Positions 35,458 through 45,439 of a DNA stretch of 64,000 bases are shown in pieces. Source of the stretch: Sandarakinorhabdus sp. GTDB taxonomy: Bacteria; Pseudomonadota; Alphaproteobacteria; Sphingomonadales; Sphingomonadaceae. Location of the stretch: assembly GCF_040398665.1 (NCBI RefSeq), contig NZ_JBBATQ010000006.1, forward strand, positions 104,665 to 168,664. The letters are read 5' to 3'. The notes below the pieces were generated by a model. It had not been told where the DNA came from. It was given only the letters and a program-made list of their open reading frames with translations, and did no database searches. Position 1 is the first letter of the stretch. Each line of letters starts with the position of its first letter. The position numbers and the translations under genes are program-made.

Positions 35458-36599
35458 AAGCCCTGGCGCCCCAGCCAGCCGGTGACGATGCCGGCGGCGG
35501 TCTTCAGATGCTCGGGCTGAAACGCGTAATAATGTGTCGCGCCTTGCACAACATGGCGTTCCCGCGACGCTGCGTTCGGGACACAATCATACAGGCGCTG
35601 CGTGTGACTGGGGGTGCAGGCGTCGTCCGCCGTATTGCCGATCACCAGCACCGGCACGGTGATGCGGTGGCCCACTTTCAGCGAGCAGGCGTGGCTGCGC
35701 AGGCTCCACTGCGACAGCCATGATCGCAATGTGGTGAAGCGGCCCAGCCCGCCGGGGCTGTCGTTGATCAGGCGCGGATCACCGAGATAGCAGCGGCCGG
35801 GCGCGCGATCATTGGGGTCCACCAACGGATCGAGCCAGCAGGGCGCCGCCATGGTGCCGTGGACGATGAAGGCGCGTTCGGCATGCGGGCCTTCGCGCTG
35901 CGTCAGTTCGGCCAGCGTGTGCAATGCCCAGTCGGTGATGCGGTTCGATCGCGCCACCTGGGCAGCGGCATATTCGGCCAGAAAGTCCGCGCTGTACGGC
36001 GGCTGCGGACCGGCCGGATCATAAAGATTCCACCGCGAATCGCGGCGGGTGGGATCGGATTCGTCGATCACCGACGGATCAAGCCATTCGGTCAGCGTCT
36101 GCGCCCGCGACACGTGCGCCGCCAGCAACATCACGCCATCGACCGGCGGCAATTTCGCTTCGACCATGGCAAAGCGATCGCCGGCCGGCGTGTGGGTGAT
36201 GCAGGCGTCGGCCGCCTCCGCCTGATAGAACAAGGCGAGGCTGCCGCCGCCCGACCAGCCGGCGAGCACGACCTTGCTGTAGCCCAGCACATCGCGGCAA
36301 TGCGCCACCCAACGGCCGAGATCCACCGCCACCTTCTCCATGATCAGCGCCGAATCATTGTTGGGGTAACGCGACACCGCCGTGAGCACGTGGCAACCAG
36401 CCGCCGCCAGCGCACCGGGCATCGGCAGATAATGCATGATGCCCATCGGGTGCATGAAAATGACAATCGTGTCCGACGCCGCATCGGGCTTCAGATGATG
36501 GGCCTGCAGTGCCACCACGCCATCGATGCCACCATAGGTGTCGCGCAGGCCGACGGCCTCGCGAAAGGCGATCAGCAGGGGGATGCGGGCAAAGCTCAT
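35454..36599 (-). CDS. Alpha/beta hydrolase
   Basis: 381 aa with nucleophile elbow LAGWSGGGS. Its stop codon overlaps the convergent LytTR stop within TTTAAA. Confidence 0.65.
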   Translation of the reverse strand: MSFARIPLLIAFREAVGLRDTYGGIDGVVALQAHHLKPDAASDTIVIFMHPMGIMHYLPMPGALAAAGCHVLTAVSRYPNNDSALIMEKVAVDLGRWVAHCRDVLGYSKVVLAGWSGGGSLALFYQAEAADACITHTPAGDRFAMVEAKLPPVDGVMLLAAHVSRAQTLTEWLDPSVIDESDPTRRDSRWNLYDPAGPQPPYSADFLAEYAAAQVARSNRITDWALHTLAELTQREGPHAERAFIVHGTMAAPCWLDPLVDPNDRAPGRCYLGDPRLINDSPGGLGRFTTLRSWLSQWSLRSHACSLKVGHRITVPVLVIGNTADDACTPSHTQRLYDCVPNAASRERHVVQGATHYYAFQPEHLKTAAGIVTGWLGRQGF

Positions 36600-37108
36600 G
36601 CCGCCTTCGCGGCCTTGCGAGCGCTCCAGGCGGCAATGGTGGCGTGGGCGGTGCGCGCGTCTTCGGCCAATATGGTATCATGCGCGGCGACGCGGGTGGT
36701 GATTTCCAGCGGCAAGCCATTGGGATCGGCGAAATAGACCGATTTGACGAAGCCATGATCGATCGGCCCGAAACAGGGCACGCCGGCGCCGTTCAACTGG
36801 TCCCGCCAGGCCAGCAATCTTGCCTCATCCTCGGCCTCGAAGGCGACATGGCGGTCGAACCCGTGTGCCATGTTGAAATCGCCATCCTTCACGCTGTTCG
36901 GGGCATCGAAGAAGGCGATGAAATTGCCGTCCGGCAGGCGAAAGAACAGATGCACGAACGGGTTGGGCAGGCCCGATCCCGGCTCCTTTTCCTCCTGCAC
37001 CACCGCGGCCAATGGCAGGCCGAGCACGTCTTCGTAAAAGGCACGCGTTTCTTCGGCGTCGCGGCAGCGATAGGCGCTGTGGTGAATGCCCTTGAGTGCT
37101 GTGGTCAT
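36596..37108 (-). CDS. VOC-family (glyoxalase/extradiol-dioxygenase fold) protein
   Basis: Start at MTTALKGIHHSAYRCRDAEETRAFYEDVLGL. Second module DRHVAFEAEDE...SVYFADPNGLPLE. 4-nt overlap with the downstream hydrolase start. Confidence 0.7.
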   Translation of the reverse strand: MTTALKGIHHSAYRCRDAEETRAFYEDVLGLPLAAVVQEEKEPGSGLPNPFVHLFFRLPDGNFIAFFDAPNSVKDGDFNMAHGFDRHVAFEAEDEARLLAWRDQLNGAGVPCFGPIDHGFVKSVYFADPNGLPLEITTRVAAHDTILAEDARTAHATIAAWSARKAAKAA

Positions 37109-37164
37109 CGCCCGAGTCCTCCCCTTCGCCACGCTCGCACAGAGAATGGGCTGCGCCAAGCGGC

Positions 37165-37179
37165 GTAATTGTGAATTAC
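37165..37179. promoter_or_regulatory. Perfect palindrome GTAATT-GTG-AATTAC in an AT-richer gap
   Basis: Seen at 37165-37179, about 57 nt upstream of the VOC gene start and about 200 nt upstream of vapB. Function unknown. Confidence 0.3.
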
Positions 37180-37376
37180 AAGGCTACAAAGGTTCCGCTT
37201 TTTGCCTTTCTCCGACATGAACAATGCCAATATCCAGGCAGCGCCCAAGGCCATAAGCGATGACAATAACGATCATGACACAGGGCGCATGCGTAGGACA
37301 GGCACTGCGCCGATATGGCGGATTTCGCGTAAATGTCCTATATTGGGAAAATGCCCCCACACGCCGGAGCTGCCCG

Positions 37377-37655
37377 ATGAACGCCCATCCGCCCAAGCGC
37401 CTGACCGCCACCATGCTCGATGGCGGCCGCATCGTCGTGCCGGCCGAAGTGCGCGCGGCGCTGGGCCTGAAAAAGGGGGACAAGGTGCTGGTGTCGCTGG
37501 ATGCCGATGGCGAAGTGCGCTTGTCCACGCAGATACAGGCCTTGCGGCGCTTGCAAGAGAAGATGCGGCCGTTCAAGCGGCCCGGGATCAATGAGATCGA
37601 CGATTTCATCGCGTTTCGCCGGGCCGAAGCCGCCCGCGAAGAGCGCGGCGAGTGA
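37377..37655 (+). CDS. vapB: AbrB/MazE/SpoVT-type antitoxin (VapB)
   Basis: MLDGGRIVVPAEVRAALGLKKGDKVLVSLDADGEVRL is a SpoVT-AbrB swapped-hairpin motif. The stop overlaps the PIN gene start. Confidence 0.8.
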   Translation: MNAHPPKRLTATMLDGGRIVVPAEVRAALGLKKGDKVLVSLDADGEVRLSTQIQALRRLQEKMRPFKRPGINEIDDFIAFRRAEAAREERGE

Positions 37656-38047
37656 GCCCGGGTGTCATGGTGCTGGATGCGTCTGCCCTGCTGGCAGCGA
37701 TGCTGGAAGAACCGGGACAAGAGAAAGTCGAGCGCGCACTGCCCAATGCCATCATCGGCAGCGTCAATCTCGTCGAGGTCGCGTCGCGCCTGATCGACGG
37801 CGGCCTGTCCCCCGAAGAAGCTGAAGAGGACCTTGCCGCGCTGGAGCTGACGGTAATCGATTTCGATCAGGCGCAAGCCATCGAAGCCGCCCGCCTGCGC
37901 GCCCTCACCCGCCACGCCGGTCTGTCGCTGGGCGATCGCGCCTGTCTCGCACTGGCGCTTGTGCGCGGCGTGCCGGTGTTGACCGCGGATCGCGCCTGGG
38001 CGGCCCTGGCCGAGGCAATCGGTGTCGAGGTGGAACTGGTCCGCTAG
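37652..38047 (+). CDS. vapC: PIN-domain toxin (VapC)
   Basis: VLDASALLAML (first acidic residue), ...SLGDRACLALA... and ...VLTADRAW. GTG start at 37652 or ATG at 37667. Confidence 0.8.
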   Translation: MSPGVMVLDASALLAAMLEEPGQEKVERALPNAIIGSVNLVEVASRLIDGGLSPEEAEEDLAALELTVIDFDQAQAIEAARLRALTRHAGLSLGDRACLALALVRGVPVLTADRAWAALAEAIGVEVELVR

Positions 38048-38083
38048 GGCCCCCGCCCCCGACCGGGGCTGGAACCCAGGGAA

Positions 38084-38695
38084 TCAGCGCTTCGTCGCGG
38101 TGCCGAGCTTGATCGTGTCGAGCCGCTTGGCATGTTCCTGCACCTTGGGCAGCACGTCGCTGGCGAAGCTACTCAGTTGCGCGGGCGCGGCGGCGTTGCC
38201 CGTCATCGTCTGATGCAGGGCGATGGCCTCGGCATGGGCTTCGCGCTGCTGTTCCAGATAAAGTTCATCAAAATTGGCGCCTGCACCCTGCAATTCGGTC
38301 AGGCGCGCCTGATGCGCAGCCAGCAGTTCGAGGCGCGGCGCCTGCAAGGCTGCGCTGGTGGTGGCCACCTGCAACAGTCGTGTCGAGGCGCGATGTTCAT
38401 CGATCATCTGCTGGGCAAAATCACGCACCGCCGCGTTCTTCGACCGGGTGAGCGCCAACTGGCTCGTCTGGATTTCGAACTGGTCGCCCGATGCCGCCTG
38501 CGTGGCATATTCCTGGGGATCGCTCGGCGCAGAGATGCTGCTGGCGCTGGTGCCGCCCATGCCGTTCATCGTCGCCTTGCCGTCGGCTGTCATGCCGTCG
38601 GCGGCGGGCACACTGACCGGGGTCTCCTTGGCCTTTTCCCCGCAGGCGGCCAGCGCGAGCGACGACAGGGCGGCAGCGAACAACAAGGTCTTCAT
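38084..38695 (-). CDS. DUF4142-domain lipoprotein
   Basis: Start at MKTLLFAAALSSLALAACG (lipobox). SGDQFEIQTSQLALTRSKNAAVRDFAQQMIDEH is typical of DUF4142. The upstream part of the 439-aa ORF is rejected. Confidence 0.7.
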   Translation of the reverse strand: MKTLLFAAALSSLALAACGEKAKETPVSVPAADGMTADGKATMNGMGGTSASSISAPSDPQEYATQAASGDQFEIQTSQLALTRSKNAAVRDFAQQMIDEHRASTRLLQVATTSAALQAPRLELLAAHQARLTELQGAGANFDELYLEQQREAHAEAIALHQTMTGNAAAPAQLSSFASDVLPKVQEHAKRLDTIKLGTATKR

Positions 38696-38905
38696 GGCGC
38701 TTCTCCGGTGAATGGTCATCTGCCGGCAAACCGGCGAGGCGCCGGAAGGTTCCCCGGGCACATCGGGCAGCGCCGGCAAACGATGGCGCACAGCCCCGGT
38801 GCCAGCAGTGGAATGCGCACAGGGCGCGGCGGAATTTGCCGCTTTGCCGGAACCTGGCGGGCCGCGCCGGGTTGAACCGGCATCGCGTCCCCACAGGAGA
38901 ATATC

Positions 38906-39439
38906 ATGAGCCACCACCATGTTTCCGCCGTGTTCGATACCCAGGCCGAAGCGGATCGCGCCGTTTCGCAGCTGCGCGATGCCGGCATCGACACGGCGGC
39001 AATCTCGCTGATCGCGCGCCGTGCCGGCGAGAATGTCACCACCCATGGCGATGGTGCCGAAACCGGCAACGCCAGGGATGTGATCGGCACGACCGCTTTG
39101 GGTGCCGGCATCGGCACGGCGCTGGGCGTGGCGGCGCTGGCCATTCCCGGCGTCGGCCCGTTCATTGCGGCCGGCGCGATTGCCGCTGTGGCCGTGCCTG
39201 GCGCTGCCCTTACCGGCGCGGCGGTCGGGGCCATCGCTGGCGGCCTGGCGGGCCTGCTCACCGATCAGGGTGTGAGCGAGGAGGATGCCCGCTATTATGA
39301 AACCCGCATCTGCGATGGCGGCATCTTCGTGTCGGTCGACACAAGCCGGACGCCGCTCCACGGTTCGGTGCCGCGCGACATCCTCTATCGCAATGGCGGC
39401 CACAGCAGCACGCGCGAAAAGATGAACATGGCGATGTGA
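38906..39439 (+). CDS. General-stress-type protein (YflT-like N-terminal domain plus Gly/Ala-rich membrane segment)
   Basis: MSHHHVSAVFDTQAEADRAVSQLRDAGID.., central GAGIGTALGVAALAIPGVGPFIAAGAIAA.., and EEDARYYETRI. Family call recalled from memory. Confidence 0.5.
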   Translation: MSHHHVSAVFDTQAEADRAVSQLRDAGIDTAAISLIARRAGENVTTHGDGAETGNARDVIGTTALGAGIGTALGVAALAIPGVGPFIAAGAIAAVAVPGAALTGAAVGAIAGGLAGLLTDQGVSEEDARYYETRICDGGIFVSVDTSRTPLHGSVPRDILYRNGGHSSTREKMNMAM

Positions 39440-39495
39440 TGAGGAGCCCCCACGCCGCGAACATGCGCCGTGGGAGCGTTCACGACCGGGCCTGA

Positions 39496-40359
39496 TCAGG
39501 CGGCGAGCTGTGCCAACAGGAAATTGCTCGCGTCGGTGAGCACTGGCGCCTTGCCGCGAAACGGTTTGGACAGCGCCAGCAGGATGCCGATGTGGCCGAT
39601 GCCGGGGTAAAGCGTCGTCGTGGCGCGGCCGCCCAAGTCGGTGATGGCCTTGGCCAACACCACGCTGTTGCGCGGCTTCACGGTCGTGTCCTCATCACCG
39701 TGCAACAGCAACAGCGGCGGCGCATCGGGCCGTGCAAAATGGATCGGCTGCGTGTCCGCCAGATCGGGGGCGCTGCCCAAAGCGGCCTCGGCCGCGCCGC
39801 CCGGTTCGAAGGGGCGGAAATCATAGGGCCCGGCCAGACCCACCGCTGCCTTGATATCGTCTGCCACGCCCCAGCGCCGATCCAGGCTGAGCAGCAGCGC
39901 GATATGCGCGCCGGCGCTGTGCCCCATCACGCCGATCCGCGCCGGATCACCGCCGTGGCCCGCGATATTGGCCGCCACCCATTTGATCGCCGCCGCGCCA
40001 TCCTGCACGAACGCCGGCCAGCGCACCTGCGGCACCAGGCGGTAATCCGGCACCACCACCACGAATCCCCTGGCCGCCAGCGCCCGTGCCGCAAAGCCAT
40101 AACCCTCGCGATCACCGCTGTTCCAGCTGCCGCCATAGAAGAACACGATCACCGGCAAGTTCGCCGCAGCATTCTCGGGCGCCCACACATCCAGCCGTTG
40201 CCGCGCATCGCTGCCGAATGCCGCCCCCGTCACGATGCGCTTTACCCCGCCATCGCCGGGGGTGAGTCGATTGACGCCGTTGAGCGCGCCAAGCGGCGAG
40301 CAGGCGGCGGCGAGCGCGGAGAGCGCCGTGAGGCTGAGCAGGGAGCGGCGGGACATCAT
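39496..40359 (-). CDS. Exported alpha/beta hydrolase (esterase/lipase type)
   Basis: Start at MMSRRSLLSLTALSALAAACS. Oxyanion VFFYGGSW, nucleophile GHSAGAH and HGDEDTTV. Confidence 0.8.
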   Translation of the reverse strand: MMSRRSLLSLTALSALAAACSPLGALNGVNRLTPGDGGVKRIVTGAAFGSDARQRLDVWAPENAAANLPVIVFFYGGSWNSGDREGYGFAARALAARGFVVVVPDYRLVPQVRWPAFVQDGAAAIKWVAANIAGHGGDPARIGVMGHSAGAHIALLLSLDRRWGVADDIKAAVGLAGPYDFRPFEPGGAAEAALGSAPDLADTQPIHFARPDAPPLLLLHGDEDTTVKPRNSVVLAKAITDLGGRATTTLYPGIGHIGILLALSKPFRGKAPVLTDASNFLLAQLAA

Positions 40360-40519
40360 GGGATGGCGATAGGGGCCGACGGGCGATTGGGCAACCGCAG
40401 CGGATGGTTGTCGCCCTGCAGGCCGGCGGCGGCAATTTCCTGACACTTGCGGGCCTGCGCACCGATTGCAGGCGGCGCGCGGCGCGGCTATGTTGGGATA
40501 TCGCATGGGAGGGATCGTC

Positions 40520-40969
40520 ATGAAGCTGAACATCAACGGCAAGCCGACCGAGGTTATCGCCGATCCTGACATGCCCCTGTTGTGGGCCCTGCGCGATGTG
40601 CTGGGGATGACCGGCACCAAATTCGGCTGTGGCGCGGGTTTCTGCGGGGCGTGCACGGTGCAGTTGGACGGCGAACCGGTGCGTGGCTGCCAGACCCCGG
40701 TGTCGGCGGTGGGCACCGCCAAGATCACCACCATCGAAGGCCTGTCGATGTCGGCCTGGGGCCGCAAGTTGCAGGATGCCTGGGTGGCGCTGGATGTGCC
40801 GCAATGCGGTTATTGCCAGGCCGGGCAGTTGCTCGCGGCCGAAGCGCTGCTGCGTTCGACGCCAAAGCCGACCGATGCCGATATCGATGCAGCGATGAGC
40901 AGCAATCTGTGCCGCTGCGCCACCTACACCCGCATCCGCGCTGCCATCAAACAGGCGGCCGCAGCATGA
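40520..40969 (+). CDS. (2Fe-2S)-binding small subunit of an aldehyde-oxidase/xanthine-dehydrogenase-family enzyme (IorA-like)
   Basis: MKLNINGK...[12 protein letters not shown] (plant-type cluster) and QCGYCQAGQ...NLCRCATY (second cluster). Confidence 0.9.
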   Translation: MKLNINGKPTEVIADPDMPLLWALRDVLGMTGTKFGCGAGFCGACTVQLDGEPVRGCQTPVSAVGTAKITTIEGLSMSAWGRKLQDAWVALDVPQCGYCQAGQLLAAEALLRSTPKPTDADIDAAMSSNLCRCATYTRIRAAIKQAAAA

Positions 40970-43221
40970 CGTCTGCAGCCTTGAAACCATCCCGCCGCGC
41001 CGTGTTGCAGGCCGGGGTGCTGGCCGGCGGCGCCATGACGCTGGGGCTGCGGGCGGCCGGGGCGAAGGCCAGCGTGCCGGGCGCGCTGTCGGCCTTCGTG
41101 ATCGTGCGCGCCGATGGCAGCGTGGAGATCACCGCGCACCAGCCGGAGATCGGCCAGGGCGTGAAGACCAGTTTCCCGATGATGATCGCCGAAGAGCTGG
41201 ACGTGGATTGGTCGCAGGTGAAGGTGGTGCAGGCCCCCGGCAACCGGGCTGTCTATGGCGCGCAGATCGCCGGTGGATCGAGCGCCACCCCCACCCAGTT
41301 CGAACGCATGCGCCGGCTCGGCGCATCGGCGCGGGCCATGCTGATCGACGCCGCCGCCAAGGGCTGGGGCGTGCCGGCCGGCGAAATCACCACCGCCAGC
41401 GGCCGGCTGTATCACAAGGCCAGCAACCGCGAAGCCAGCTATGGCCAATTTGCCGAAGCCGCCGGCGGGATCACGCCGCCCAAGCCTGAATCGCTGAAAT
41501 TGAAGGACCCGGCCAATTTTCGCATCCTGGGCAAGCGCGTGCCCGGCGTCGACAATCGCGCCGTGGTGACGGGCCAGCCGCTGTTCGGCATCGATGCGCG
41601 TCCGGCCGGCATGGTCTATGCCGCCTATGCCAAATCACCGGTGTTCGCCGGCAAGCTGAAAAGCGCCAACAAGGCCGCCGCGCTCGCGGTGCCGGGCGTG
41701 AAGGCGGTGATCGATATCGCCGAACGCCGCGACCTGAAGACCGAGATCGACGTGGCACTGCCCGGCATCGAGGTGTTGCCGCAGGGCATTGCCGTGCTGG
41801 CCAATTCCACCTGGGCGGCGTTGAAGGGCCGCGATGCGCTGGATGCGGTGTGGGAAGGCGGCGATGCAGCCTTCCAATCCACCGTCGCCTGGGACGCCGC
41901 GGCGGCCAAGGCGCTGAAGGATGGCCCGCAAAAGCCCGGATACATCAACCATGGCGATGCGCCGGCGAAACTGGCGGGTGCGGCGAAGCATGTGAAGGCC
42001 GATTATGCCTATCCGTTCATCGCCCATGCCGCGCTGGAACCGATGAACTGCACCGCGCAGGTGAAGGATGGCAAATGCGAGCTGTGGCTTTCGACCCAGA
42101 CCCCGGAAGACGCGCGCCGCATGGTGGCGCTGGCGCTGGGCATCAAGGCTGAGGATGTCACGCTCAACCTGATGCGGTCGGGCGGCGGCTTCGGCCGGCG
42201 GCTGATGAACGATGTCGCGGTGGAGGCTGCGGTAATCGCCAAGGCGGCCGGCGTGCCGGTGAAACTGACCTGGGATCGCGGCCAGGATTTCGCCCATGAT
42301 TGGCTGCGCCCCGGCGGCTGGCACCGGCTGGAGGCCGGGCTGGATGCGGCCGGCAACATCACCGCCTGGCACGATCATTTCATCAGCTATGGCCGCGACG
42401 GCAAGCTCGATCCGCCCGCCGTGATCGATGCCTCGCTGTTTCCATCGGGCGTGATCCGCGATTATCGCGCCGATGTGACCGTGCTGCCACTGGCGTCGAC
42501 GCTGGGTTGGCTGCGCGCGCCGATCAACAATGCCTTCGGCTTCGTCACGCAAGGTTTCATCGATGAATGCGCTCACGCCGTGGGCCGCGATCTGGTGGAA
42601 TATCGCCGCACCTTGCTGGGCGCCCCGCGCGCCATCCCGATCGCCGAGGAATTCAGCGGCGAGACCAAGGCGGACGCGCAAGGCACACCCTATCACACCG
42701 GGCGCATGCGCGGCGTGCTGGACAAGGCCGCCGCCATGGCCGGCTGGGGCCGCAAGCTGCCGGCCCGGCCCGGCATGAGAAGCGGGATGGGCATTGCCTT
42801 CCACTTCAGCCACCTCGGCTATTTCGCCAATGTCGTGGAGGCCAGCGTCGCCGCCGATGGCAGCGTGAAGGTGCACAAGATCTGGGTGGCGGCGGATATC
42901 GGCCGGCAGGTCGTCAACCTGTCGGGCGCCGAAAACCAGGTGCAGGGCAGCGTGATCGACGCGCTCGGGGCGGCGCTGGGGCAGCGCATCACCTTTGCCG
43001 ATGGGGCGGTGGAACAGCGCAACTATGGCGATTATCCGCTGGCCCGCATGAACGAGGCGCCGGCGGTGGAGGTGGCGTTCATTTCCACCGATTTCCACAC
43101 CACCGGCCTGGGCGAGCCAGCCTATCCCAGCCTGGCGCCAGCGCTGGCCGGGGCGATCTTCGCCGCCACGGGCAAGCGACTGCGGCAATTGCCGTTCGAT
43201 ACCGATCTGCTGAAGGCCTGA
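40966..43221 (+). CDS. Molybdopterin-binding large subunit (IorB-like), paralog 1, Tat signal
   Basis: ATGA overlap with the small subunit. Tat-like [16 protein letters not shown] and [18 protein letters not shown], typical of the IorB family. 751 aa. Confidence 0.85.
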   Translation: MTSAALKPSRRAVLQAGVLAGGAMTLGLRAAGAKASVPGALSAFVIVRADGSVEITAHQPEIGQGVKTSFPMMIAEELDVDWSQVKVVQAPGNRAVYGAQIAGGSSATPTQFERMRRLGASARAMLIDAAAKGWGVPAGEITTASGRLYHKASNREASYGQFAEAAGGITPPKPESLKLKDPANFRILGKRVPGVDNRAVVTGQPLFGIDARPAGMVYAAYAKSPVFAGKLKSANKAAALAVPGVKAVIDIAERRDLKTEIDVALPGIEVLPQGIAVLANSTWAALKGRDALDAVWEGGDAAFQSTVAWDAAAAKALKDGPQKPGYINHGDAPAKLAGAAKHVKADYAYPFIAHAALEPMNCTAQVKDGKCELWLSTQTPEDARRMVALALGIKAEDVTLNLMRSGGGFGRRLMNDVAVEAAVIAKAAGVPVKLTWDRGQDFAHDWLRPGGWHRLEAGLDAAGNITAWHDHFISYGRDGKLDPPAVIDASLFPSGVIRDYRADVTVLPLASTLGWLRAPINNAFGFVTQGFIDECAHAVGRDLVEYRRTLLGAPRAIPIAEEFSGETKADAQGTPYHTGRMRGVLDKAAAMAGWGRKLPARPGMRSGMGIAFHFSHLGYFANVVEASVAADGSVKVHKIWVAADIGRQVVNLSGAENQVQGSVIDALGAALGQRITFADGAVEQRNYGDYPLARMNEAPAVEVAFISTDFHTTGLGEPAYPSLAPALAGAIFAATGKRLRQLPFDTDLLKA

Positions 43222-43232
43222 GGGGGCAACAG

Positions 43233-45401
43233 ATGACCATCCAGATGAACCGCCGCAATTTCCTGTTTGCCAGTGCGGCGGTGGGCGGCGGCCTGTATCT
43301 GGGCATCAGCCCACAAGCCGCCGAGGCGGCCGAGGCCGGGCAATTGAACGCCTGGGTGGTGATCGCGCCGGACAATCGCATCCGCATCATGGCCAGCAAC
43401 CCGGAAGTCGGCCAGGGTATCCGCACCAGCCTGCCGATGGTGATCGCCGAAGAACTCGACGCCGATTGGGCCAAGCTGGAGGTGGTGCCGACGATCGCCG
43501 ATTCCAAGGTCTATGGCCGCCAGGTCGCCGGCGGATCGCAGGCCATGGCCACCCAATATGAATTGATGCGCAAGGTCGGTGCTTCGGCGCGCGGCCTGAT
43601 CGTGCAGGCCGCCGCGACGGCGTGGGGCGTGCCAGCCGCCGAGCTGACCACGGCCAAGGCGATGGTGATGCACGCGGCATCAAGGCGCGCGGCGCCCTAT
43701 GGCCAGTTCGCCACGGCGGCTTCCGCCCTGCCCGCCCCCGACGCGGCCAGCGTGCCCGTGAAGAATCCCAAGGACTTCAAGCTGATCGGCACGTTCCAGC
43801 CGGGGGTGAACAATCGCACCATCGTGGCCGGCAAGCAGGCTTACGGCATCGATGCCGTGCTGCCAGGGATGCTGCACGCGGCCTTTGAAAAGCCGCCGGT
43901 GCAGGGCGCCAAGGTGAAATCCGCCGATCTCGCCAAGGCAAAGGCGATGAGCGGCGTGCGCGATGCCTTCATCGTGCCAGGCACGGACGAATATGAAGGG
44001 CTGAGCGCTGGGGTGGCGGTGATCGCCGACACCACCTGGCATGCACAGCGCGCCCGCACGGCGCTGAACGTGCAATGGACCGACAGCCCGGCCGCCTTCC
44101 AATCGACGGCGACCTGGGAAAAGCTGGCCGGCGAAGCCAAGGGCAAGCCGCCGGCCATGGCCGTGCACAGCAGCGGCGACGTGAGCGCGGCGATGGCGCG
44201 CGCCGCCAAACGCATATCGGCCGATTATGCCTATCCCTTCATCCCGCATGTGCCGCTGGAGCCGATCAACTGCACGGCGCAGGTGATCGGCGACAAGGTG
44301 GAGATCTGGGCGCCGACGCAGAACCCCGAACCGGGCCGCGCGGCGGTGGCAAAAACGCTGGGCGTGCCGCTGGAAAATGTCACCATCCACATGATGCGGG
44401 TGGGCGGCGGTTTCGGCCGGCGGTTGCAGAATGACTATATGGTCGAAGCCGCCTGGATCGCGCGTGCCGCCGGCCGGCCGGTCAAGCTGACCTGGACACG
44501 CGAAGACGACATCACCCAGGATTTCCTGCGCCCCGGCGGCTGGCATTATCTGGAGGCCGGGCTGGATGCGGCCGGGCGCTGCATCGCGTGGGACAATCAT
44601 TTCATCAGCCATGGCCGCGACGGCAAATTCGCCCGTGCTGCCAATATCGGGGCCAGCGATTTCCCGGCCGGCATCGTCGCGGATTTCCGCGTGGGCGCCA
44701 CCGTGCTGCCGCTGATCCACACCACCGGGTTCCTGCGCGCGCCGGCCAACAATGCCTTTGGTTTCGTGACGCAGGGCTTCATCGATGAACTGGCGCACGC
44801 CGCCGGCCAGGACCCGCTGCAATTCCGCCGTGATTTCCTGGGGGCGCCGCGCTTCATCGGCGATCCGGCCGCCCGCGGCTCCTACAATACCGGCCGCATG
44901 CGCGCCGTGCTCGACAAGGCGGCGGCGATGGCCGGCTGGGGTCGCAAGCTGCCGGCGCGGACGGGCCTCGGCATCGCCTTCCACTTCAGCCATCTCGGTT
45001 ATTTCGCCAATGTCATCGAAGCCAGCGTGGCGAAGGATGGCACGGTGAAGGTGGTGAAAATCTGGGTGGCCGGCGATGTCGGCCGCCAGATCGTCAATCC
45101 GGCCGGCGCGATCAACCAGGTGCAGGGCAGCATCCTGGATGCGCTCAACGCCTGCCAGACCCATTCCATCACCTTTGCCGATGGCGCCATCGAACAGCGC
45201 AATTTCGGCGATGTGCCGCTGGCCCGCATGGACCAGACGCCGCCGATCGAAGTGGCCTTCCTCACCCCGGATTACCCGGTGACCGGCCTGGGCGAGCCGG
45301 CCTATCCGGCGGTGGCACCGGCGCTGGCCAATGCGATCTTTGCCGCGACCGGCGTGCGGCTGCGGCGGATGCCGCTGGACACCGCGTTGCTCAAGGCCTG
45401 A
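43233..45401 (+). CDS. Molybdopterin-binding large subunit (IorB-like), paralog 2, Tat signal
   Basis: GAGGGGG Shine-Dalgarno sequence, start MTIQMNRRNFLFASAAVGGG and EVGQGIRTSLPMVIAEEL. Long stretches are colinear with paralog 1. Confidence 0.85.
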   Translation: MTIQMNRRNFLFASAAVGGGLYLGISPQAAEAAEAGQLNAWVVIAPDNRIRIMASNPEVGQGIRTSLPMVIAEELDADWAKLEVVPTIADSKVYGRQVAGGSQAMATQYELMRKVGASARGLIVQAAATAWGVPAAELTTAKAMVMHAASRRAAPYGQFATAASALPAPDAASVPVKNPKDFKLIGTFQPGVNNRTIVAGKQAYGIDAVLPGMLHAAFEKPPVQGAKVKSADLAKAKAMSGVRDAFIVPGTDEYEGLSAGVAVIADTTWHAQRARTALNVQWTDSPAAFQSTATWEKLAGEAKGKPPAMAVHSSGDVSAAMARAAKRISADYAYPFIPHVPLEPINCTAQVIGDKVEIWAPTQNPEPGRAAVAKTLGVPLENVTIHMMRVGGGFGRRLQNDYMVEAAWIARAAGRPVKLTWTREDDITQDFLRPGGWHYLEAGLDAAGRCIAWDNHFISHGRDGKFARAANIGASDFPAGIVADFRVGATVLPLIHTTGFLRAPANNAFGFVTQGFIDELAHAAGQDPLQFRRDFLGAPRFIGDPAARGSYNTGRMRAVLDKAAAMAGWGRKLPARTGLGIAFHFSHLGYFANVIEASVAKDGTVKVVKIWVAGDVGRQIVNPAGAINQVQGSILDALNACQTHSITFADGAIEQRNFGDVPLARMDQTPPIEVAFLTPDYPVTGLGEPAYPAVAPALANAIFAATGVRLRRMPLDTALLKA

Positions 45402-45439
45402 GTCACCCGACTGCCACAAATCGTGGGCAGGAGCCCGCC

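Noticed and set aside
40112-45419. Long minus-strand ORFs (40112-40990, 41635-43188, 43680-45419) across the iorA/iorB genes
   Set aside because: These are high-GC antisense shadows with Arg/Gly/His-rich junk translations. The plus-strand products carry 2Fe-2S and Mo-subunit motifs and Tat signals.
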